From Candidatus Lokiarchaeum ossiferum (lineage in GTDB: Archaea > Asgardarchaeota > Lokiarchaeia > Sigyniarchaeales > Promethearchaeaceae), in the NCBI GenBank assembly GCA_025839675.1, contig CP104013.1, positions 2,970,001 to 3,002,000 on the forward strand: a stretch of 32,000 nt of DNA, read 5' to 3'. The notes beneath the pieces are model-generated. The model was not told the DNA's origin. It saw nothing but the letters and a program-made list of their open reading frames with translations, and did no database searches. Of the stretch, positions 7,972-15,459 are shown one piece after another (position 1 is the first letter of the stretch; the number at the start of each line of letters is the position of its first letter). A program made the position numbers and the translations under genes.

Positions 7972-9894
7972 TTGCCCACCAATTTATTTTCTCAAATTGA
8001 TTCCAGTCGGATATTATTTGATATTTCCCCAAATCCACAAGTTCTTCTTAACAAAAAGTATCTTATCGTAGAAGTTAATGAGGAATTTTCCAAAGTTATG
8101 GGTTATTCCAAAGAAGAAATGCTTAATAATCCAGTATCATCAATTTTTGCGAATATTCAAGAATATATCGAAGCTTCAGCCCTATTTACTCGAGATAATA
8201 AGCTCAAAAATTTTGAAATGATTCCGAAAATTGTGGATGGTTCAATTCAATATATGCTACTAAATATTAGGCAAATAATTGATCAACGACAAGATTTTTT
8301 AGGATATTTACTGACCTTCACAGAATATACTGCGATAAAAAATGTCATGGAATATACTCGACTAATCATTGAAACTTCTCCCAATCCTCAAATATTTTTG
8401 AATATCAACAATGAGATTTCAGATTTGAATAAACAATTATTGAAGGTAACAGGATATCAACGCGAAGATTTGATTGGAAATCCGGTTTCAATAGTTTTCC
8501 GTGATCATGAACAGTATCGAGCAGCCAACATCATCTTGAGAAAAGAAGGCCAGTTAAAAGATTTTGAAATGATCCCAAAATCTAGAGATGGAACGATATT
8601 TCACATGTTATTAAATATAAAACCCATGATAGATAAAAATGAAACAGTTTTGGGTTCTTTGCTTACTTTTACTGACATAACATCGCTCCGAAAGGCAATA
8701 GAAGTTGTTGAACAAATAACTGGGGATGTTTATTCAAGTAATACATTAGAAGAAAGAACAAATAATTCCCAACCAAAAAAAAATCAGCAAGATTTAGCTT
8801 CTATTAATCAAATAAAGATGGAAGCTGAGCTGAAAAAACGATCTCATGATTTAGATGAACGTATTAAGGAGTTACAATGTCTTTATGGAATTGACAAAAT
8901 TCTAGAAAATGAGGGGCTTTCCGTCAATGAGATTTTTCAGAACATTGTGTCTATCTTACCAGCAGGTTGGCAATTTCCTGAAATCACCAGAGCAAAAATA
9001 GAATTTGATGGGATCGCTTATATTTCTGCACAATATATTAATACAAATTGGAAGCAACGAAATAATATTCGGATTAATGGAGAAATTCGGGGGTATATTG
9101 AGGTTTTTTATTTGAAAAAAATGCCGAATGCTTCAGAAGGTCCATTTTTAAGAGAAGAACGTCATTTGATAGACGCAATTACTGAACGAATTGAAACCGT
9201 CTTTGAAAAAAAATTGGAGGAAAAAGCCCGAAAGCAGGCAGAAGAGAAGTTACAAGAACATGCTAGACGATTAGAAAACTCATTAAAAGAAAAGGAAGTT
9301 CTTCTTTCGGAAATTCACCATCGGGTGAAAAATAATCTCCAACTAATCTTTAGTTTAATTCTTCTGCAAGAACAATATGTTACAGATGAAAAACTCCAAT
9401 TAATGTATCGAGATTTTAAAAATCGCGTCAAAGCCATGAGTCAAATTCACGAAACACTATATTCCAGCGGGGATATCACCAAAATTAACTTTAATGCATA
9501 TATCCAAGAGATTATCACTAATTTAATTCACAGTTATTATATTGAAACGAATGTGGTTAAGTTGGATATATCAATCGAACAAATTGATATAAGTTTTAAT
9601 AAAACTATCTTATGTGGTTTGATTGTGAACGAAGTAGTATCAAATGTATTGAAATATGCTTTTCCAGACAATAAGAAGGGTAAACTTAAAGTAAAGATAC
9701 GAAAAAATAAAAAAAACGGAAATATTACAATCAACATTCAAGATAATGGAGTTGGATTCCCACTGGAGTTTGATTATTTAAAAACAGATACCTTAGGGTT
9801 ACGTATAGTGACATCTCTTTCAAAGCAACTTAAGGGATCTATTTCAATGAAAAATGAAAATGGAGTAAAATTTAACTTATCTTTCCAAGAATAG
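7972..9894 (+). CDS. Sensor histidine kinase, HisKA_2 type (2x PAS, a 'CLYGI' sensor module, HisKA_2, HATPase_c)
   Basis: 640 aa.
- Two tandem, clearly paralogous PAS units are present (SPNPQVLLN…FEMIPK…DG / SPNPQIFLN…FEMIPKSRDG).
- H-box: EIHHRVKNNLQLIFSLILLQ.
- N box: NEVVSNVLKYAF.
- G boxes: DNGVGF…LGLRIV.
- TTG 7972 is the only standard start upstream of the first PAS domain. There is an in-frame stop at 7948-7950, and the first ATG lies inside PAS1. Confidence 0.85.
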   Translation: MPTNLFSQIDSSRILFDISPNPQVLLNKKYLIVEVNEEFSKVMGYSKEEMLNNPVSSIFANIQEYIEASALFTRDNKLKNFEMIPKIVDGSIQYMLLNIRQIIDQRQDFLGYLLTFTEYTAIKNVMEYTRLIIETSPNPQIFLNINNEISDLNKQLLKVTGYQREDLIGNPVSIVFRDHEQYRAANIILRKEGQLKDFEMIPKSRDGTIFHMLLNIKPMIDKNETVLGSLLTFTDITSLRKAIEVVEQITGDVYSSNTLEERTNNSQPKKNQQDLASINQIKMEAELKKRSHDLDERIKELQCLYGIDKILENEGLSVNEIFQNIVSILPAGWQFPEITRAKIEFDGIAYISAQYINTNWKQRNNIRINGEIRGYIEVFYLKKMPNASEGPFLREERHLIDAITERIETVFEKKLEEKARKQAEEKLQEHARRLENSLKEKEVLLSEIHHRVKNNLQLIFSLILLQEQYVTDEKLQLMYRDFKNRVKAMSQIHETLYSSGDITKINFNAYIQEIITNLIHSYYIETNVVKLDISIEQIDISFNKTILCGLIVNEVVSNVLKYAFPDNKKGKLKVKIRKNKKNGNITINIQDNGVGFPLEFDYLKTDTLGLRIVTSLSKQLKGSISMKNENGVKFNLSFQE

Positions 9895-9906
9895 TGCTAA
9901 GAAATG

Positions 9907-11838
9907 TTATAGGGAACGATTTATGATGTCTTTTAATTGTTGAAGTGTAAAAGGTTTTTTTAGAACACCAATAAAACCATACGATATTGGGTCTGCCATG
10001 ATTGGATCATTAGAATAACCGCTACTCACAATTGCCTTTACATTTGGATCAAATTCTTTGAGTAAAACGATCGTTTCTTTCCCACCCATCGCACCTGGAA
10101 TAGTGAGATCCATAATTAACAAATCTACGGGATTTTCCGATGATTTAGCTTCCTTATATTTTAAAATCGTGTCTTTTCCATCATCCGTGAAGATAGCATG
10201 ATGTTTGAGATGTTTAAACATTTTCACTAGGATTTTTTGAATAGAAGGATCATCTTCTAACACCAAGATTGTCTTATTAGAAGTTGATTTCGAGGATTTA
10301 GATTTTGGTGGTGAAATAGAATTTGAACTCAAACCTTCAGAAATTACAGGAAGATAAATATAAAAGGTTGTTCCATGAGTTTCTGGAGCAGTACTAGAAA
10401 TAAAATAAATATAACCGTTATGGCCTTTCACAATAGAATACGCAGTGGCCAAACCTAAGCCACTTCCAGATGATTTAGTAGAAAAATAGGGTTCAAAAAT
10501 ACGAGATTGAATATCTTTTGGAATTCCAGAACCATGATCTTGTATCATAATCTCGATATATTTACCAGGGAGAAGATTTATTTTTTTTTGAATTTCTCGA
10601 TACCGGAGAAAATTTGTTTTTGTGTCAAAATTATGGAAACTAAGTATAATTTCTCCCCCTTTAGACATTGATTGATCCGCATTTATCACAATATTGCCAA
10701 TGACTTGAGAAATCTGGTTGGAATCAACATAACAATCCCACATTTTTTCATCAAAATCTAAAGTACATTTCGATTTGGAACCTCGTAAAGCAAATATTGC
10801 AGTAGAAGAAATTAATTGTGTAATGGATACATTAGATTTTACAGGCTTACCACCTTTTGAGAATGTAAGCAATTGATATGTAAGATTTTTTGCACGCATA
10901 ATTCCAGATTCTGTTTCACGTAGAATGGATTTGATATCTTCTAAATTATTTTCTTCTAATGCTAAACTCACATTTCCTAAGAGAGAAGCGAGAATATTGT
11001 TAAAATCGTGGGCAATTCCCCCTGCTAAATTTCCAATTGATTCTAATCGTTCCTGTTTTATTCGTTCTAGAGTTACTTTTTGACTTTGGGAAATGTGTCG
11101 TAAGAAACCTAAAACTTCAGTTGCTTCTTGATCTTGATATATAAATTGCAAATTAACTTCTCCCAAGAATTTTTCACCCGATTTAGAAATAATCTCAATT
11201 TCATGATAATCCTGAGTGGCCAGTCCTTTTTGTTTTTGTTGAATTAAATCTGTTAAAAATTCAATGGAATTGGGCGCAATAAATTCCTTAAAAGATATTC
11301 CAAGGATTTCATCTATTCTATAACCCGTTAGATTTAATCCGGCCTCATTAATTGAAGAAATTGTTCCATCATCTAAATGAACGGAAAAAACAACATCAGA
11401 AGAACGTTCAAATATTCGTTTATAACGTAATTCAGTATCTATTATGGATTCTTCTATGTTTCGAGAAAATGTAATATCTTGAAATTGCAGTGCAAAATAA
11501 GTCTGGATCTTGAAAACTCGTATAAAAACACAAATACTAGATTTATTTGACATAGGATCAATTTTCTGCGGATTGATCCAGATATCGTTGAATTTTGCAG
11601 ATTCTCCATGATTCAAAGATGAAATGTGCTCAATAATCCCAATATTTCGGAAATTCATGTCTTGAAAAAGATTATATGATTGGATGTGGAAAACTCCAAA
11701 GATGTCACGAAAAGATTGATTAAAATTCAAGACATTTCCCACTGAATCAACAATAAGTAATCCTAAAGGGTTTAACGCAAAAAATTCATTGCATAAATCT
11801 TTATCAAGCATTTTTTTCAAACTTTCCCGAACTTCCAA
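9907..11838 (-). CDS. Hybrid sensor histidine kinase (PAS-PAS-HisKA-HATPase_c-REC)
   Basis: 643 aa.
- H-box: IGNLAGGIAHDFNNIL.
- ATPase motifs: NADQSM, DHGSGI, GSGLGLA.
- REC: ILVLEDDP…LIMDLTIPGAMGG…KKP.
The start is TTG 11838 or ATG 11811. Confidence 0.9.
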   Translation of the reverse strand: MEVRESLKKMLDKDLCNEFFALNPLGLLIVDSVGNVLNFNQSFRDIFGVFHIQSYNLFQDMNFRNIGIIEHISSLNHGESAKFNDIWINPQKIDPMSNKSSICVFIRVFKIQTYFALQFQDITFSRNIEESIIDTELRYKRIFERSSDVVFSVHLDDGTISSINEAGLNLTGYRIDEILGISFKEFIAPNSIEFLTDLIQQKQKGLATQDYHEIEIISKSGEKFLGEVNLQFIYQDQEATEVLGFLRHISQSQKVTLERIKQERLESIGNLAGGIAHDFNNILASLLGNVSLALEENNLEDIKSILRETESGIMRAKNLTYQLLTFSKGGKPVKSNVSITQLISSTAIFALRGSKSKCTLDFDEKMWDCYVDSNQISQVIGNIVINADQSMSKGGEIILSFHNFDTKTNFLRYREIQKKINLLPGKYIEIMIQDHGSGIPKDIQSRIFEPYFSTKSSGSGLGLATAYSIVKGHNGYIYFISSTAPETHGTTFYIYLPVISEGLSSNSISPPKSKSSKSTSNKTILVLEDDPSIQKILVKMFKHLKHHAIFTDDGKDTILKYKEAKSSENPVDLLIMDLTIPGAMGGKETIVLLKEFDPNVKAIVSSGYSNDPIMADPISYGFIGVLKKPFTLQQLKDIINRSL

Positions 11839-11959
11839 AATTGGTTGTCATCTAACCAAACACCTACGTTTTAATATAGCTTTTTTTTTGCAAAGTTTTT
11901 TAGAAATATCTTTGTTGATCGGAATTAGGTTTATAACCGATATACGGTTTTTTTACTCA

Positions 11960-13252
11960 ATGCATCGACCGTTGATTACTGGAATTATTCAAAATATGGC
12001 TTTTAAAAAGTGTGAATTTAGTAAAGATGATAAATTGTATATTTTCGGGCGTAATCCAGAGCTTTCTCTGGCCGAAATTATCTCACGCTTTCATGTGATA
12101 GGGAGTACATATAAGATCAAAGCAATGAACAAAATTGGTGTAGTAATTGAAGCACCCAAACATATTTCTATCAGTAATTGTGGGGCGGTATTAAAACGAA
12201 GCAAACCACTAACAACCATCCATCAACCCTTAAATGTTCAAAATATAAAAAAGGACCTCACAGATCATATTATCAACGAATTTTTTGAAGAAAAAGGCAA
12301 TTGGACAATCAGCTATTATGCAAAAAAAATGGGACCTGAAGAAGAATATCTTTACCAAACAGTCCAAAAAATTATAAAAAATTCTCTAAAGAAAGCGGGT
12401 GTTAGAAAGGCTTTCTTCTTCAAAGGCGAGAAAAATAATATTGTGGAACCCCGAAGATTATGGCGCAAAAGAGTAATTCAAGACGGATTAGAAATAATTA
12501 TTTGGCAAAATAAAGGGGAGTTTACTCTCTGGCAAACTGAGGAAGTTATAAATATAGATGAAATAGCTAAGCGAGATAGTGATCGACCCCACAAACGGCC
12601 ACTTTTATTGTTAGGACTTGCACTTGCTCGGAGTATGATAAATCTAGTTTCTATTGAATCAAATCACCACGATCGTCCTATTTATGATGCATTTTGTGGA
12701 ATGGGATCAATTGTAAGTGAAGCTTATCATTTAGGTTTACAATCTTTAGGATCTGACATAGACGGATCTTGTACAACACGATCTCAAGAAAATTTGAGAT
12801 GGATTAGCCATTTAAAACCCAATCGTAAAAAGCGAGGCATTTTTCAAGAAAAAAACATCTTTACAATGGATGTAATGACCCCTGATATGGATAGATTGAA
12901 AAATTTCAATGGATCGATCGTTTCAGAACCAAATTTATTGACACCTTTAAAAAAATATCCCACTTACGCTAAAGCAAATGCACTCTTAGATACCTTTGAA
13001 AAAAATTATCGCGGTTATTTAGCAGGAATTAGAAAAATTTTGCCTAAAAATGGCATATGTGTGCTGATTTTCCCTCAATTTCACATTTCCACCAATGAAC
13101 GCGTGGGCTTAAATATAATTCAACTTCTTGGAGACTTTGGATTTAAAATGTGTGAATTTTCAATTGATTCATACAAATATCCCGCTCATTTTGTCCATTC
13201 GTGGAAAGATCCAATAATTGAACGACAAATAGTTGTTTTTAAAAAAGTTTAA
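11960..13252 (+). CDS. Trm11/UPF0020-like SAM-dependent RNA (guanine-N2-type) methyltransferase with an atypical motif IV
   Basis: - SAM motif I: YDAFCGMGSIVSEAYHLGLQSLGSDID.
- The N-terminus (LYIFGRNPELSLAEIISRF) resembles Trm11-family N-terminal domains.
- Motif IV reads SEPNL instead of (D/N)PPY.
- The track ORF starts at 11789, but residues 1-57 overlap the divergent kinase gene and look non-coding.
- ATG 11960 has a TTTATAA box 27 nt upstream; ATG 11996 is an alternative. Confidence 0.7.
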   Translation: MHRPLITGIIQNMAFKKCEFSKDDKLYIFGRNPELSLAEIISRFHVIGSTYKIKAMNKIGVVIEAPKHISISNCGAVLKRSKPLTTIHQPLNVQNIKKDLTDHIINEFFEEKGNWTISYYAKKMGPEEEYLYQTVQKIIKNSLKKAGVRKAFFFKGEKNNIVEPRRLWRKRVIQDGLEIIIWQNKGEFTLWQTEEVINIDEIAKRDSDRPHKRPLLLLGLALARSMINLVSIESNHHDRPIYDAFCGMGSIVSEAYHLGLQSLGSDIDGSCTTRSQENLRWISHLKPNRKKRGIFQEKNIFTMDVMTPDMDRLKNFNGSIVSEPNLLTPLKKYPTYAKANALLDTFEKNYRGYLAGIRKILPKNGICVLIFPQFHISTNERVGLNIIQLLGDFGFKMCEFSIDSYKYPAHFVHSWKDPIIERQIVVFKKV

Positions 13253-13391
13253 TTGGAAAAACTCTGTCACTTTTGTGTCCCTTGGATGGTATAAAATTCA
13301 CTTCCTTTTTAATAAAAATGTTTATATTTGCTTCACTCTAAGTTAAGCTATATCGTTTTTTTTTTAAGGGGTTTTTTTAGGGGTTAAGAAA

Positions 13392-13889
13392 ATGAAAAAA
13401 ATTAAACAAAAACTTGTAATTATCTTTGCTTTGGTACTTGTTAGTATTAATGGGATAAGTTTTGGGTCTGCTTGGGGATTTTACCCAACTAATCCGATTC
13501 CTGTTGATCCAATTGAGATAACCTATGCAAATTATCTTGAACTGGATGGTGATGGGTATGAAGATGATGTAATTACTCAATTTACATTGAAATCGCCAAC
13601 AGGATATTATGCCTATTTGGATGTCGAACTCGAACTTGAATTAGTATTACCATCGGGTTACACCTATATAATGCGATTTAGCATTACTGAATTTTATGTC
13701 GAATTACCTGTCACTGTTGAATGGCATAATTGTGCCACAGAAAGTGGCTGGTATGATTTTAATATTGAAGCAGATATCTTTGGATTTGATTCAGATATTA
13801 TTTTCTCTGGAATAGTCACAGATTCATTAACGTTTGATCCACCTTTTGATAAATCGGGCAGTTCAATATTTGGAATGGTGCGATACTAA
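13392..13889 (+). CDS. Small secreted/exported protein of unknown function
   Basis: 165 aa. The N-terminus is a signal peptide (MKKIKQKLVIIFALVLVSINGISFGSAWG). The mature part is acidic and rich in beta-strand-forming residues. No family was recognised. Confidence 0.6.
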   Translation: MKKIKQKLVIIFALVLVSINGISFGSAWGFYPTNPIPVDPIEITYANYLELDGDGYEDDVITQFTLKSPTGYYAYLDVELELELVLPSGYTYIMRFSITEFYVELPVTVEWHNCATESGWYDFNIEADIFGFDSDIIFSGIVTDSLTFDPPFDKSGSSIFGMVRY

Positions 13890-13970
13890 TTCCCTTCGTT
13901 TTATTTTTTCTTTATGTAAAAATGCATAATTAATTTTTTTTTTAAAAACAGGCAAAACGAGTAGGTTCTG

Positions 13971-15104
13971 GTGAAGAGGAAGAATTTAACAATCAAGGCA
14001 ATTCGAGTTCTATTAGCGCTAGAACAAAAGCCTTTAGCCACATATGATGAACTTTCTATTATTACTGGTTATGCAAAATCCGTTGTTTTTGGAATTATGA
14101 AACAGCTAAGTTCTTCTAAAGATCATCCTTCATATTTTTATGTCGTTGGTCATCCTAATCTTCATGCTTTGGGTTTAGAAGTTGTGGACGTCTTTGTTCA
14201 CGCAAATTCAATTGAACAAGTTACAAATCTCTATAAAATTTGTCAAGCTCATCCGTATACAATAGTATTTGCTCCTTGTTATGGTGCTACTAATGGAGCT
14301 TTGGTGCAATTTCGGATTCCTTTAAATTCTAAATCTCTGATAAATGACCTTTTTTCTCATTTTAAAGAGAATAATGTCATTCAAGACTTCCAAATCTTAA
14401 ATTTCGGAACAAAATCTATTTATACTTCTATTGATGTTAAATTCTGGGATTTTTCTTCCTTTTGTTGGAATTTTAATTGGGAAGAATGGTTTTCTTTTGA
14501 AATATCAGAATCAAAATCAGAACCAAAAACATTTGGAAAAGTAGGAACCGTAAAATCTTGGCTTAAAAAACGAGATATTGCTATACTTGCTCAGCTAACT
14601 GATGATGCAAGGAATAAAAAAATTGATATGATTAAAGCTTTGAAACAACAAGGATATAATTTTACGCCTCAAACCTTTAGTCGACGATTAAAACGTGTAA
14701 AAGATGAATGTATTTCTAAATATCGTGTTTTCATGGATTTAGCGTCTTTTGATTTGTTGAATTGTATAGCTATTTTAGGAAAGGGTAAAAAAAAAGAGAT
14801 TCAAGAACTTACTCAACGAGTATCATCTCAGCAAATTCCCTTTCATTCAGTGTTCAAATCAGAAAAGAATCGATTTTTTTGGTATTTATATCTACCTACC
14901 ACTCATACTGCAGATTTATTATATCATATTCGTCCCAAATTTAGTGATATAAAAATGTACTATATAGACCAACCTCGCAGTCATTTATTTTTACCTTGGC
15001 CTGAAACTTTTAATGAAGAGAAGGAAGATTGGAAAGTAGATCGCCAGTTCATGGTCGATGATGTAATTACCGCCCTAATTCCAAAGGATGAATCAACGGA
15101 TTAA
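13971..15104 (+). CDS. Putative transcriptional regulator with two winged-helix (Lrp/AsnC-like) HTH modules
   Basis: 377 aa.
- HTH 1: IKAIRVLLALEQKPLATYDELSIITGYAKSVVFGIMKQL.
- HTH 2: LKKRDIAILAQLTDDARNKKIDMIKALKQQGYNFTPQTFSRRLKRV.
- Each HTH is followed by a ~100-aa alpha/beta region.
- The GTG 13971 start is forced. There is an in-frame TAG at 13962-13964, and the first ATG lies after HTH 1. Confidence 0.6.
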   Translation: MKRKNLTIKAIRVLLALEQKPLATYDELSIITGYAKSVVFGIMKQLSSSKDHPSYFYVVGHPNLHALGLEVVDVFVHANSIEQVTNLYKICQAHPYTIVFAPCYGATNGALVQFRIPLNSKSLINDLFSHFKENNVIQDFQILNFGTKSIYTSIDVKFWDFSSFCWNFNWEEWFSFEISESKSEPKTFGKVGTVKSWLKKRDIAILAQLTDDARNKKIDMIKALKQQGYNFTPQTFSRRLKRVKDECISKYRVFMDLASFDLLNCIAILGKGKKKEIQELTQRVSSQQIPFHSVFKSEKNRFFWYLYLPTTHTADLLYHIRPKFSDIKMYYIDQPRSHLFLPWPETFNEEKEDWKVDRQFMVDDVITALIPKDESTD

Positions 15105-15395
15105 ATATTCTTGCACTAACGAAAAAAAATTGAATTATTTTATTTATCAATCAAGATAGCGCCATTGATACAAATTTTTTCGAGAGAGCTTTCGTGAATA
15201 ATGATGGAACCATGGAAGAAATCTTCAAAATATCCGTAAACATCAAATAATATATTAATCGATACTTTTACAAGTCGTTTTTTGTTTCTATATTCTTTTT
15301 GGGTCTTTAAACTGTGTTTTTGTATGATCTGTTTCCAGAAAATTATTCTTAAAAATCCTAATCAAACAATTTCACGCAAAATATAAAATTTATAG

Positions 15396-15405
15396 AAAAA
15401 AAAAA
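15396..15405 (-). terminator. Oligo-T (T10 on the minus strand), putative terminator of the large protease gene
   Basis: A10 on the plus strand at 15396-15405, which is T10 on the coding strand about 55 nt downstream of the stop at 15460-15462. Confidence 0.4.
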
Positions 15406-15459
15406 GTAGGAAAGGATGAGTTAATCCCTTCACCACTTTAAGAGGGGTTTATATCAGAA

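Noticed and set aside
5457-9737. Track ORFs 5457-5666 (-) and 9537-9737 (-).
   Set aside because: They are antisense to well-supported histidine kinase genes and have low-complexity translations.
11789-11959. N-terminal 57 codons of the 487-aa track ORF (MHKSLSSIFFKLSRTSKIGCHL…).
   Set aside because: This stretch overlaps the start of the divergent kinase gene and spans what looks like the shared promoter region (T9 run, TATA-like box). The sequence is not protein-like. The methyltransferase homology begins after ATG 11960/11996.
13357-13381. T10 / GGGG / T7 / AGGGG tract upstream of the secreted-protein gene, considered as a possible riboswitch or G-rich structure.
   Set aside because: It is too short and simple. 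It is better explained as a terminator-like T run after the methyltransferase gene plus a purine-rich Shine-Dalgarno-like element (AGGGGT) 8-13 nt before ATG 13392.
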